From an uncultured Planctomycetaceae bacterium (lineage in GTDB: Bacteria; Planctomycetota; Planctomycetia; Planctomycetales; Planctomycetaceae): 64,000 bases of DNA. Position 1 is the stretch's first letter. Each line of letters opens with the position of its first letter. Location of the stretch: positions 192,001 to 256,000 of the forward strand of contig CAWFAK010000009.1 in NCBI GenBank assembly GCA_963813715.1, read 5' to 3'. The notes below the pieces were generated by a model. That model had not been told where the DNA came from. It searched no databases and worked only from the letters and a program-made list of their open reading frames with translations. Both the position numbers and the translations under genes were made by a program. This document shows positions 1-10,429 of the stretch, one piece after another.

Positions 1-39
1 GAATACATTGGGGATTCCGAGTCTTTTGGGACCTTGCCG

Positions 40-891
40 ATGACCGAGCAATTTGCGGCCGCGCCCGAGTTCACCGCCAGCGAACTGCGCCCGTACACGC
101 GGGCCTGGTACGAGGCCCAGCGCCGCGCGCTGGGCGAGGCCGGCTGTCGTCAGCTAGGTTTTTACGAAATCCCTGAACACTTGCTCTTGTCGGTCGTGAT
201 CCCCGTTTACAACGAGGAACGGACGCTTCGCGACCTGGTCGAGCGGGTGTGCGCGGTCCCGGTCCGCAAAGAGCTGGTGCTCGTCGACGACTGCAGTAAA
301 GACGGCACCCGCGACATCCTCCGCGAGCTGGCCGATCGCAAAGATCAGGATCCGCTCAACACCTTCTCGGTCCACTATCACGAGGTCAATCGCGGGAAGG
401 GGGGAGCCCTGATGACGGGCTTCCGCGCCGCCCAGGGGGACGTCGTCATCATTCAGGACGCCGACCTGGAATACGATCCGTCGGAATTCCCGCGGCTCTT
501 GCAGCCGATCGTCGAAGACAAGGCCGACGTGGTCTACGGCAGTCGCTTTCTGGGCGACCACCCGCATCGAGTGCTCTACTTCTGGCACTACCTGGGCAAT
601 AAGCTTTTAACGACCCTGTCGAACTGCTTCACCAATCTGAACCTGACCGACATGGAGACCTGCTACAAGGTCTTCAAGCGGGAGGTGCTCGAGTCGATTG
701 GTCCGACGCTCCGCCAGAATCGCTTCGGCATCGAGCCCGAGATCACCGCCAAGATCGCCCGCCGCCGCTACCGCGTGTTCGAGCTGTCGATCAGCTATTC
801 GGGACGGACGTACGAGGAAGGCAAACACATCGGCCTGAAGGATGCCTTCAAGGCCGTGTGGTGTATCGTGCGATACGGCCTGGCTGACTGA
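40..891 (+). CDS. Glycosyltransferase family 2 (DPM1-like polyprenol-phosphate glycosyltransferase)
   Basis: [36 protein letters not shown] and DMETCYK motifs. Confidence 0.9.
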   Translation: MTEQFAAAPEFTASELRPYTRAWYEAQRRALGEAGCRQLGFYEIPEHLLLSVVIPVYNEERTLRDLVERVCAVPVRKELVLVDDCSKDGTRDILRELADRKDQDPLNTFSVHYHEVNRGKGGALMTGFRAAQGDVVIIQDADLEYDPSEFPRLLQPIVEDKADVVYGSRFLGDHPHRVLYFWHYLGNKLLTTLSNCFTNLNLTDMETCYKVFKREVLESIGPTLRQNRFGIEPEITAKIARRRYRVFELSISYSGRTYEEGKHIGLKDAFKAVWCIVRYGLAD

Positions 892-892
892 G

Positions 893-1969
893 TCACTTCG
901 TCCGCAAATCGGCCGTCCGCTCTTCATTCGCCGTCGGCATGATCGGCTTCCGCACACCGTTCTTGCGGAAGTGGCCCGTCTGGAGGTATCGCACTGTCGC
1001 GTCAATGGCTTCGGGATTGCTGGTTAGAAAGTGGTGCATCGCTCGCACCATCAGGAAGTCGGACGCTCCGGCGAGACGCGTACTTTCGACGCTGACGATC
1101 AGGTCGTTGTCGCCGGGAACGAGCGGGTTGTAGCCATCGGATCCTCGTCCGCCCGCGATTACGGCAAACTCGCACGGCGGAATCGGCAAACCGGCGATGG
1201 GGCTATTGTTGCCGGTCACCAGTTGCTGGCCGGCCGGTCCCATGATCAGGCGATAGGCGGCGTTTCTCCGCAGCATATCGGCCATTTCGGCCCCGCGGTT
1301 GGGCGTGCCCAGCATCACCAGCCGTCGGACACGAAGATCATCGTGGTTTTGAAACCAGGACCGCACGACCAACCCGCCCATGCTATGCACGACGAAGTCG
1401 ATCTCCTCGACTCCGCGCAGCGATTGAATCACACGATCGAGATACCCGGCCGCCTGCGCGATGTCGATCCGCGTGCTCGGGTAGTCGAAGGGGACGGGCA
1501 TGTAGCCGGCTTTTTCCAGCGCGGGGTACATGGCGTTGAACGTCTTCGACGACTTCGTGATGCCGTGAATTTCGATGACCGCCTTGCCGGACATCGGCGG
1601 TAGCTTTTGCTTGACCTTCATCTCCTCGAGCTTGTCGCAGCAGGTTTTGTAGGAGCCGAAGGCAAAGCGGTTGTCCCGCGGATCGAGCAGGCGGTAGTGT
1701 TCGGTGAAAACGTTCTGTTGAATCCGCCAGCCGCGGAAGAATCTGACGTCGCCCCAGAACTGCCGGCCGCCCATCGTCTTCATCATTTTGTCCCAGGCCG
1801 AATTCTTCCCGTGCTTCGGCATCGGCGGCAAGTCGTCGGCCAGCTCGGCCGTTTCGTCGGGGTCGTCACCGCTCTGGGCCAAAGCCGGCCGGTTTACCCC
1901 GTGCATAAGGAGCAGGGCCAGCGCAATCACGCAGCAAACTCGAGTGCAATTCCCGATGTTATTCCGCAC
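893..1969 (-). CDS. Secreted alpha/beta hydrolase (lipase/esterase family)
   Basis: Signal-like N-terminus; IHG oxyanion motif; VHSMGG nucleophile elbow; LGTPNRG; DNDLIVSVEST; start uncertain. Confidence 0.8.
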   Translation of the reverse strand: MRNNIGNCTRVCCVIALALLLMHGVNRPALAQSGDDPDETAELADDLPPMPKHGKNSAWDKMMKTMGGRQFWGDVRFFRGWRIQQNVFTEHYRLLDPRDNRFAFGSYKTCCDKLEEMKVKQKLPPMSGKAVIEIHGITKSSKTFNAMYPALEKAGYMPVPFDYPSTRIDIAQAAGYLDRVIQSLRGVEEIDFVVHSMGGLVVRSWFQNHDDLRVRRLVMLGTPNRGAEMADMLRRNAAYRLIMGPAGQQLVTGNNSPIAGLPIPPCEFAVIAGGRGSDGYNPLVPGDNDLIVSVESTRLAGASDFLMVRAMHHFLTSNPEAIDATVRYLQTGHFRKNGVRKPIMPTANEERTADLRTK

Positions 1970-2242
1970 GCGGATTCCTTCCTGCCGGACCGGGGACGGA
2001 GGCGAATCATAAGCAGATACGCCCACGTCGTCGCGGCCAGTTTGGATCCGAATCGGGAAAACCCGCGGGCACATTCGTGGGGCGTGACGAGCGTCCGCAT
2101 ATCACGCAGTTTGAGCCAAATCTCACCGAATTGCCTGGATTTCCGGCTCTTCGCTGCCACCGGGCCACTTCGGCGCGAAATCTTCAGCTAACGAATGGGT
2201 CACCTGATTGGCGCAGGTGATTGCACGGCGATCGCAGTGCGG

Positions 2243-3523
2243 CTACTGACCGGGGATCGGGCGGCCCGGCGGCGCGGGCGGGGGTTGATGCCAGTCCCAG
2301 GCCGATTGATAGCGGACGTCCAGCCAGGGCGTGTCGATCCGCCGATCCCCTTGGTTCTTGGAGATGAAGTAGGCGTTGAGCAAACCAGTCACGAGCAGCG
2401 TCCGCTCGACGGGCCACGCCGGCTTGCCCGTGTGGATCATGTGTTCGATGCCCTTCACGAGGTAGGCAAAGTGCATGAACGGACGGGCCTCCTGCGTCCA
2501 GAAGAGGGACGATTCGATCTTGCCCGTGTCGGCGTTGCGCCAGGCGGCGGTGAAATCGATCAGGTTGGACGCCCAGAGCAGCCCGGCCTTCAGCCCATCG
2601 CGGTAAGTGATGACCACCAGCACCGGGTCTTTCACGAGCTTTTCCAGCGGTTCGCCCGGCTTCCCGAGTGAGTGGCGCCGCCGGGAGGTGGCCGCTTCGA
2701 TCAGCGCGCGGCTGATCGTGCCATTCGCGAGCGCCTGCCAGACTCGCGGGCCCTCGAACGTCTGCACCGCCCGCACCCCCGTCTCGCCGCCAGCCCGTCG
2801 TTCGGCCAGGCACTGCACAATCTCCAGGCCGTGATAGCCGTACGCTTCGAGCGTACCATAAGCCGTGGCGACGACTTCGGAGACGTGGGAACCGCGGGCA
2901 ACATCGACGGGCGGATAGCGCCACGTCAGGGGCAAGGTCGAGCCGGCCATCAAAGGTATGCCGCGACGGTGAGCCTGATCGTAGATCCATTTGGCATCTT
3001 CCCAGTTGTCTGCCAGATGCTTGTCGGTGTACACGGGCACTACTCGGTTGGACCTATCGCAAACGGCCAGGATTTCGCTGAACAGGCGCCGCTTGGGAAA
3101 CATCACCTGGCCGGTCTTCGAGAGAGGATAGCGGCCGTGCTCGCCAATCAAGAGCACGCCATCGACGGCCAGCGATTTGCCGCCAAGCGTGAGGGCCTCC
3201 GCGGGCGTGTTGTAGATGGGGATGTGATGTGCGCGGGCGATCTCCAGGCCCACGGTCGAGGCGCCCGGCTGATCGACATAGAGCGACACGAGCCGCAGCG
3301 CAGGACGCTCCCCCTTGTCGTCGAGCGTCATGGTCTGCAACAGCCGGCTGACGATCACGTCCGCATGGGAATTGTGGAAATAGGCCGTAACAAGCGCGGC
3401 GACTCTGGGCACCGGTTGCGGGCTGGGTACTGTGCGGATGTCCGCTGCAACCGACGCGGTCGCGGTGGCAAGCAGACAGGCGAGCAGACAACTGACGATG
3501 AGAACCCGGCAAACAATTCGCAT
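2243..3523 (-). CDS. Conserved secreted protein, possibly Gfo/Idh/MocA-like oxidoreductase fold
   Basis: Signal peptide; VDGVLLIGEHG, DKHLA, MAGSTLP and YGYHGLE resemble this oxidoreductase-like family. Confidence 0.55.
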   Translation of the reverse strand: MRIVCRVLIVSCLLACLLATATASVAADIRTVPSPQPVPRVAALVTAYFHNSHADVIVSRLLQTMTLDDKGERPALRLVSLYVDQPGASTVGLEIARAHHIPIYNTPAEALTLGGKSLAVDGVLLIGEHGRYPLSKTGQVMFPKRRLFSEILAVCDRSNRVVPVYTDKHLADNWEDAKWIYDQAHRRGIPLMAGSTLPLTWRYPPVDVARGSHVSEVVATAYGTLEAYGYHGLEIVQCLAERRAGGETGVRAVQTFEGPRVWQALANGTISRALIEAATSRRRHSLGKPGEPLEKLVKDPVLVVITYRDGLKAGLLWASNLIDFTAAWRNADTGKIESSLFWTQEARPFMHFAYLVKGIEHMIHTGKPAWPVERTLLVTGLLNAYFISKNQGDRRIDTPWLDVRYQSAWDWHQPPPAPPGRPIPGQ

Positions 3524-3667
3524 AAAGGCCTCCCTCCTTAGCCTGCGATGCGGGCCACCTCTTCGTCAAGCACTCGCCCACATCCCCCGATCGTTGCATA
3601 ATGTGGACCTGCGCGGAAAATTGGCGGGGCAGGAACACTGGTTTCCGTAACGAGCGGCGAATCGGCG

Positions 3668-4577
3668 ATGTCGACGATCAAACAGGGGATGCGTGCCGCG
3701 CGCCTGGGACTGCTCGCGAACATCGGCCTCGTGCTGCTCAAGCTGGTGACGGGCCTGGTGGGCAACTCGTACGCGCTCGTCGCCGACGCGATCGAGTCCT
3801 CGACCGACGTCGTTTCCTCGCTCATCGTCTGGCGCGGACTGCAGATCACCGGCAAGCCGCCGGACGACGAATATCGCTACGGATACGGCAAAGCCGAATC
3901 GATCGCCACAGCTTTCGTCGCGTTGATGTTGATCGGCTCGGCGATCTGCATCGTGATCATGGCGATCCGCGAGATCATTACGCCGCACGCGTCTCCTTCG
4001 CCCTTGACCCTGATCGTGCTGGGAGGGGTGATCCTGGTGAAGGAGTTTTTGTTTCGCCGAGTGCTGGCCGTCGGAGAGGCAACCGCCAGCACGGCGGTCC
4101 TGGCCGATGCCTGGCACCATCGTAGTGACGCACTCACCTCCGCGGCCGCGTTCATCGGCATTACGATTGCCGTGTGGGGCGGCCCTGGGTGGGAAGCGGC
4201 CGACGACTGGGCAGCGATGGTGGCGGCCCTCATCATGACGGCCAACGCAGTCCGCATGATGCGGGCTGCCGTCGCCGACCTGATGGATCGCGTGCCCGAA
4301 ATCGATCTGGTCGAAAAAATCGGCCAGGCAGCTCAAAGCACCTGGGGCGTGCTGGCCATCGAGAAATTGCGGGTCCGCAAGCTCGGCACCAAGTATTCGG
4401 TCGACGTCCACGTGCAGGCAGACCCGGCGCTTTCGCTCCGCGACGCCCACGTGCTCAGCGGCAAGGTCAAAGGCGCGGTCCGCGCAGGTGCCAGCCGTCG
4501 ATGAAGTGCTCGTCCACATGGAGCCGTACGAAGCCGCCGCCGCGCCGCCGACTCCCGCCAGTCCGGTCAACGCCTGA
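3668..4577 (+). CDS. Cation diffusion facilitator (FieF-like) transporter; frameshift near 4490
   Basis: SYALVADAIES, YGYGKAE, ADAWHHRSD; C-terminal DEVLVHMEP continues in another frame to TGA at 4577. Confidence 0.88.
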
Positions 4578-4648
4578 CGCGCGGCGAAGTCAGCACGCGC
4601 CTCACGACGCATCTCAGTGCAAACTGCGACGTTCGCGATCGCTCGCGC

Positions 4649-5248
4649 CTACTCGGCAGCGGCCGGTTGTCCTGTGAAATAGGCCGGCGCGTGGCCGGCT
4701 TTCCACTTGATGTTGCAGCCGATGCTCGGCTTTTGGGTGGTCGGAACGGCCTTACCCAAGAGCGCGGCATCGCAAGCTGCGCGGAGGTCAGCGCCGGTCA
4801 CCGGTTTGCCGTTGCTGGGTCGGCTGTCGTCGAATTGCCCGCGGTAGACGAGCCGATGCTGGCCATCGAACAGGAAGAAGTCGGGCGTGCACGCGGCGCC
4901 GTACGCCTGCGCGACTTCTTGCGACTCGTCGAAGAGATACGGAAATGTGTAGCCGGCCGATCTGGCTTCGGCCTTCATCCGCTCGGGGCTGTCGTCGGGA
5001 TGCGTGGTGATGTCGTTGGAATTGATTCCCACGATGGCCAGGCCCTTCGCCTGGTATTCCTTACCGAAAGCGGCCAGGGCGCTGCGCAGGTGAATCACGA
5101 ACGGGCAGTGATTGCACATGAAGATCACCAGCAAGCCGGACTTGCCGGAGAAATCCTTGAGCGACACGATCTTGCCATCGACGTTGGGCAACGAAAAGTC
5201 CGGAGCCCGTTCGCCCAGGGCCCGCATCGTGGACGCCGTCTTCACCAT
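4649..5248 (-). CDS. Thioredoxin-family (AhpC/TSA-like) protein
   Basis: FMCNHCPFV, AACTPDFF, YRGQFDDSRP, SIGCNIKW. Confidence 0.9.
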   Translation of the reverse strand: MVKTASTMRALGERAPDFSLPNVDGKIVSLKDFSGKSGLLVIFMCNHCPFVIHLRSALAAFGKEYQAKGLAIVGINSNDITTHPDDSPERMKAEARSAGYTFPYLFDESQEVAQAYGAACTPDFFLFDGQHRLVYRGQFDDSRPSNGKPVTGADLRAACDAALLGKAVPTTQKPSIGCNIKWKAGHAPAYFTGQPAAAE

Positions 5249-5328
5249 GACGTTTTCCTTTTTCCTGTCGCCAGAATTCGTGGAGGTTTCCGTTTGTGGG
5301 CCGCGCGACCGCCTGTCGGGAGCTCCGG

Positions 5329-5851
5329 TCAGCGCGGGGATCCCGTGAACTTGCCGAGCAGCGCCTTAACGATCGGCTCCGAGACGAAGCCGCGGAGCTT
5401 GTCAGCCGACTCCGCGTGCCCCAGTTGGGCGATCTGCTTGATCAGCGTGCTCGAAATGTGCGTGTATTTTTCGCTGGCCATGAGGAACACAGTCTCAATG
5501 TCGCTGGCCAGCACGCGGTTGGCGAGCGACATCGTGAACTCGCTCTCGATGTCGGTCAGCGTTCGCACGCCGCGGAGCATGACCGCCGCTCCGCACCGCC
5601 GCACGAAATCGACCGCGAGTCCGGTGAAGCACTCGACGTCGACATTGGGGTGCGCGGAGAGCACCGTCCGCGCCAGTTCCAGGCGCTCGTGCGAAGAGAA
5701 GAGTGGCGCGTTTTTCCGTGTTGATGCCGATGCCCACCGTGATCCGCTCGAAGATGCCGGCGCCCCGACGCACGATGTCCTCGTGTCCCAGGGTCAGCGG
5801 GTCGAAACTGCCGACGTAGGCGGCATGCCGTGGGTTCAAAGCGCTGGGCAT
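5329..5851 (-). CDS. coaD: Phosphopantetheine adenylyltransferase; frameshift near 5710
   Basis: [15 protein letters not shown] in the first frame; LRGVR..D..SE..M..ANR and [10 protein letters not shown] in the second. Confidence 0.92.
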
Positions 5852-6136
5852 ATCGCGGGCCTTTTAGTCAGAGAGTGATCCTATTGTTCCGGGTCGGTCC
5901 CATTTGCGGTAGGGACTTCCAGGGTCGTTAGCCGACCCGCCTTGGGGCGCGGGCGAACGCGAATCACAGAAAAGAGACCGACACCTTTCCCGGTCCCCGC
6001 ACTGCCAATTTGACAGGCGGTGGAAGGCGGCGCGGCTGGAACATTGGCCTCAGAGTATCAACGCAAGTCAATTTAAGCAAACAATTTACAATGGATAGGC
6101 GGAGCCAAACCCGACACGAAATGCGCCGACTGGGGT

Positions 6137-6153
6137 CCGGTACAGCCTTTGCG
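6137..6153 (+). promoter_or_regulatory. Putative sigma-54 (-24/-12) promoter of the hsp20 operon
   Basis: CCGGTACAGCCTTTGCG: GG-N10-GC with TTGC at -12; AT-rich tract upstream (6057-6092). Confidence 0.55.
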
Positions 6154-6214
6154 TTCAATAAACCCCCGTTTGCGATAACGTTCGATTTGGCTGACATTTC
6201 CGTCGGAAACTCCA

Positions 6215-6661
6215 ATGCCCGTTTTCCGTTGGGGCCATTCCTGGGACGCCTTTCACGACTTCGAGCGCGAGGTCGATCGGCTGCTGAGCAGCGTCAATTT
6301 CGCCTTTCAGGGCATTCGCCTGGGGCGGCAGTATCCGTCCGTGAATCTCTACGAGCTGCCCGACGAGTATTTGCTGACCGCCGAGCTGCCGGGTAGCAAG
6401 GCCGAGGATATCGAGTTGGCCCTGGGGAATGGTCTGTTGCGAATCAAGGGGCGCCGCTCGGAACCCAACGGCGTGCCCGAGGAGCGATATCGCCGCCAGG
6501 AGCGCTTTCGCGGTGAATGGGAGCGAACGCTCTCCCTCCCCGAGCGCGTCCGCGAGGAGGGGCTGACCGCGGAATTCGTCGATGGAATCCTCAGAGTGCG
6601 GCTGCCCAAGGGTGAGCAGGCCCAGCCACGGAAAATTCGTGTCAGCGAAAGCGCCGAGTAA
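6215..6661 (+). CDS. Small heat shock protein Hsp20
   Basis: Alpha-crystallin domain: [31 protein letters not shown]. Confidence 0.92.
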   Translation: MPVFRWGHSWDAFHDFEREVDRLLSSVNFAFQGIRLGRQYPSVNLYELPDEYLLTAELPGSKAEDIELALGNGLLRIKGRRSEPNGVPEERYRRQERFRGEWERTLSLPERVREEGLTAEFVDGILRVRLPKGEQAQPRKIRVSESAE

Positions 6662-6669
6662 TCAGTCCT

Positions 6670-7146
6670 ATGTCTCAGCCCGAAAATATCCCGGTGAAGC
6701 ACGAGGAAACGCTGGCTTCGGCCCCACCAGTTCCTTCTTCTGCTCAGGCCATGCCCTCTGCGGCGGAAGCTCCCGTTCCGGACCAGCAGCCGGAGGAGCC
6801 GCGGTTTCTCTTCACGCCGCCGATCGACATCTACGAGACCAATGACGGATTGGTGCTGCAGGCCGACCTGCCGGGCGTTTCAATCAAAACGCTTGATCTG
6901 CAGGTGCAGGACAATAAGCTGACGCTGTTCGGCCGCGTGAATCCGCTGGTGCCGCTTCAGGCACGCCCATTGCACCAGGAATACGCGGTGGGCGACTTCT
7001 TGCGCTCGTTTATTTTGAGCGACGAGGTTGACCATGAACGGATCACCGCCACCATGACTAATGGGGTGCTGAAGGTCGTATTGCCAAAGGCACCGCAAGC
7101 GAAACTCAGACGTATCGAGGTAAACCCCGAACCGTCCACTGGCTGA
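6670..7146 (+). CDS. Small heat shock protein Hsp20
   Basis: [36 protein letters not shown]. Confidence 0.92.
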   Translation: MSQPENIPVKHEETLASAPPVPSSAQAMPSAAEAPVPDQQPEEPRFLFTPPIDIYETNDGLVLQADLPGVSIKTLDLQVQDNKLTLFGRVNPLVPLQARPLHQEYAVGDFLRSFILSDEVDHERITATMTNGVLKVVLPKAPQAKLRRIEVNPEPSTG

Positions 7147-7258
7147 GCTCGTTGGACAAATGGGCTCCCCCGTGGGACGCAAGAGTTTGCTCGGAAGGCG
7201 GCCGTTGAGACACAGTGAATGAGACACAGTGAATCCATTCGATCCAAAGGAGCCGACG

Positions 7259-7777
7259 ATGAACGACCCGCAAACCTCCGGACCGCTTTCTCAATCGGTT
7301 GAACGGCTGCGTCGCGAGTTCGAGCGTTGGCTCGACTCGGCCATGCAGCAAGGAAACCGCGCACTCGATGTTGTCGGACTTCGCGGAGCGGACCGGCCGT
7401 GGACCCCGGCCGTCGATCTGATCGAGACGCCGACTGAAGTGCTGGTCGACGTCGATCTGCCCGGCATCGATCCGGTGCTCGTGGACGTCTCGCTGACCGG
7501 CAACATGCTCACGGTGCAGGGACCCAAGCGGACGCACATTCCGCCACCGGGCGGGACCGTGCACGTGACGGAACGGATGCAAGGCCCCTTCCAGCGTGCG
7601 ATCCCCATGCCGACGCCTGTCATCGCCGACAGCGTCTCGGCCGAAATCAAGAACGGCGTGCTGAAAATCCGGCTGATGAAGTCGGAGAAGGCGCGGGCAA
7701 TGAAGATCACCGTTCACGCCGAGCCGTCGCCGACCAAGCCGCCCGTCTCGCCCGTGCCGGCGGTTCCCGCGCTTTGA
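7259..7777 (+). CDS. Small heat shock protein Hsp20
   Basis: WTPAVDLIET, VDLPGID, ERMQGPFQRAI, NGVLKIRL; AAGGAG RBS before ATG 7259. Confidence 0.9.
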   Translation: MNDPQTSGPLSQSVERLRREFERWLDSAMQQGNRALDVVGLRGADRPWTPAVDLIETPTEVLVDVDLPGIDPVLVDVSLTGNMLTVQGPKRTHIPPPGGTVHVTERMQGPFQRAIPMPTPVIADSVSAEIKNGVLKIRLMKSEKARAMKITVHAEPSPTKPPVSPVPAVPAL

Positions 7778-7804
7778 CCGACCGCCGCACCGGCAATCAG
7801 CTCG

Positions 7805-7844
7805 ACGAAGCCCACGGACCGCCAACCGTGGGCTTCGTTGTTTG
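7805..7844 (+). terminator. Hairpin terminator / REP-like palindrome after the hsp20 operon
   Basis: ACGAAGCCCACGG-N8-CCGTGGGCTTCGT perfect 13-bp stem followed by TGTTTG. Confidence 0.65.
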
Positions 7845-7973
7845 TCGGCGTCCGAGTCAACTGATTGACCACTTCGGACCGCGGTCTTAGACTAGAAATT
7901 GACTCAACGTCTTGGTCGATTTCGCTGTCACCCTCCGCCCGTCCCGCGCCGGCCGCCGTGTCCGGAGTGAACT

Positions 7974-9004
7974 ATGGCCTATCCGTACGCCGTTTCGCGC
8001 ACCACTGCGGTGCGTCCCACACTGCAGTGCCTGGCTGTTTGCGCCGCACTGTTGTCCCTATGCGCTCTGCCCGCCGTGAGTGCGCACGGCGCGCCCCGCC
8101 TGCAACGGCGCCTGCCGCGCCGGGTCCAGCCGCCCCCACGCCGCGCGTGTTGCAGACCGACGACAACTGGGGAATCTATATCACCTATTTCGCTGCTCCC
8201 GGCGATCGCGAGGTTTTCACCAAGGAAGCTCCGGTCGTCATTCTGCTGCACGGTGACAAGCAAAACCGCCTGGTCTACGAAGGCCCCCGGGGTCTGGCCA
8301 CTCGACTGCAGCAGGAGGGTTGTGCGGTAATTACCGTCGACCTGCGCAAGCATGGGCAAAGTACCAACGTGGCGCAAGTGGGCGGCGACAGCGCACCCAC
8401 TCGCTCCACCGAAGCGAGCATTCAGGCTTCGGATTATCGCAACATGGTCGAGTTCGACCTGGAAGTCGTGAAACGGTTCATCCAGCAACTGCATCAAGCC
8501 AAGAAGCTGAACATGCGGAAGCTGGGGATTGTCGCCGCCGGCTCGTCCGTCGGCGTGGCGGCCGCGTTTGCCGACGCCGACTGGAACAAGGAGCCCTATG
8601 ACGATGCCCCGGCGGACGACATGAAGACGCCTCGCGGCCAAGACGTGCGAGCTCTCGTTTTCCTCTCGCCGCCGGCCCGCGTCAAAGGGCTCAGCCTGGC
8701 GGAGGCGATCACCGACATCCGCAATCCCGACTGGAACATCGCCTTCATGACTCTTTACGGGAAAGCCAACCGCACCGATAAGAAGGACGCAGAGTCGCTC
8801 CACAAGAAGCTGAGCGGCACAAGCAAGACCAGCGCCGATCGCATGTACCTGGTGCCCGTGAACGTGCCGTCGCGCGGGACCGACCTGCTCGGTATTCGCG
8901 ACATCGATACGGAAGGCGCGATTTGCAAGTTCTTCAAGAAGCATCTCTTCGATTTGCGGGACAGCGAGTGGCGAGACCGGCAAAGCCGCCTCGTCAGGAA
9001 GTAA
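7974..9004 (+). CDS. Secreted alpha/beta-hydrolase-fold protein; probable frameshift near 8090
   Basis: Signal peptide in the 7974 frame; VILLHG, VITVDLRKHGQS, ALVFLSP in the long frame. Confidence 0.7.
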
Positions 9005-9019
9005 GCGCGGTCTGATCGA

Positions 9020-10357
9020 ATGGCCAATCGCTTTGCCGTCCTGATGTCGATCCCCGGCCTCCGCGCCGCCGATTTGGCGTCGATGCCCCGCCTGGCGGCG
9101 TTGGGCAAGGGCGGGGCGACGCTTCCCATCGCGCATACGTTTCCCTGCGTCACGTGCCCGAGCCAGGCTGCTTTGACGACCGGCACCGGGCCGGAGCAGC
9201 ACGGGGTGATTGCCAACGGCTTTTTCTGGCGCGACCGCGGCGAAGTTGAAATGTGGACCGCCTGGAACGAGGCGATCCAGCGGCCGCAAATCTGGACATT
9301 GCTGCATCGGCACGATCGAGCATTGACGTCGGCGGCCTGGTTTCCGCTGTTGATCAAAGGGGCCGAGGCCGACTTCATCTGCACGCCGGCCCCGATCCAC
9401 AACCCGGACGGGTCGGAATCGCTCTGGTGCTACACCAAGCCAACGGAGCTCTACGGCCAATTGCGCAACGCGCTGGGCCATTTTCCGCTGATGCATTTCT
9501 GGGGACCGCTCGCGAATATCAAGTCGACGCAGTGGATCGTCGAGTCGTGCCTCGTCGCGGCGCGTTCGTTCCAATCGCGTTTTACCTACGCGTACCTCCC
9601 GCACCTCGACTACGCCGCCCAGAAATTCGGGCCGGACAGCCCGCAGGCGGCCGCGGCCACGGTCGAATTGGATGCCGCCATCGGACGGCTGCAGGACGGC
9701 CTGGCCGAAGCCGGTCTTGACGACGTGCTGTGGGTCGTCGCCAGCGAATACGTGATCACGCCGGTGAAGTCGGCTGGCTTTCCGAATCGTCGGCTCCGCG
9801 AGGCTGGCCTACTGACGCTCAAAGAGCAAGACGGGGCCGAGTTGCTCGACGTCCGCGCGAGCCGGGCGTGGGCCATGGTCGATCACCAGTTGGCGCACGT
9901 CTTCGTGAAAGACCCGGCCGATGTGCCCCGCGTCGCCGCGATCTTTAAAGACGACCCCTCGGTGCACGAGGTGCTGGCCGGAGCCGATCGCCACCGCCGC
10001 AATCTCGATCATCCGCGGTCGGGCGAAGTGGTCCTGATCTCGCAGCCCGACCAGTGGTTCGCTTATTACTGGTGGCTCGACGATGCCAAGGCTCCCGCCT
10101 TTGCCCGCACCGTCGATATTCACCGCAAGCCCGGCTACGACCCGGTCGAGATGTTTATCGACATGCCCGCCCGAGCCACGCCGCTACGGCCGGAGCTGGT
10201 CAAGGGCTCGCACGGCTTTCCGGCCGAAGATGCCACGCGTCGGGGCGTGCTCGTCGCTTCGAGCGGGGACGGAATCGAACCGGGCGCGGACGGGGCCATT
10301 GCGGACACCGCCGTGTCCGGCCTCATCTTGCGGAACTTCGGCGTGTCGATTCGCTAG
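9020..10357 (+). CDS. Alkaline-phosphatase-superfamily nucleotide pyrophosphatase/phosphodiesterase (EboF-like)
   Basis: [46 protein letters not shown]. Confidence 0.85.
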   Translation: MANRFAVLMSIPGLRAADLASMPRLAALGKGGATLPIAHTFPCVTCPSQAALTTGTGPEQHGVIANGFFWRDRGEVEMWTAWNEAIQRPQIWTLLHRHDRALTSAAWFPLLIKGAEADFICTPAPIHNPDGSESLWCYTKPTELYGQLRNALGHFPLMHFWGPLANIKSTQWIVESCLVAARSFQSRFTYAYLPHLDYAAQKFGPDSPQAAAATVELDAAIGRLQDGLAEAGLDDVLWVVASEYVITPVKSAGFPNRRLREAGLLTLKEQDGAELLDVRASRAWAMVDHQLAHVFVKDPADVPRVAAIFKDDPSVHEVLAGADRHRRNLDHPRSGEVVLISQPDQWFAYYWWLDDAKAPAFARTVDIHRKPGYDPVEMFIDMPARATPLRPELVKGSHGFPAEDATRRGVLVASSGDGIEPGADGAIADTAVSGLILRNFGVSIR

Positions 10358-10429
10358 TCGGAGGGCGAACCTTTTGCCGAGCGCCCGCCTCTTCTGCACC
10401 GGGGTCCGCCGAGCACGAGTTTCGCCCGC

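Noticed and set aside
5329..5851. coaD (and clpP, zwf, parB) as pseudogenes or programmed frameshifts
   Set aside because: Frameshifts are window-wide, motifs are intact and no shared slippery signal is evident; sequencing error is more parsimonious.
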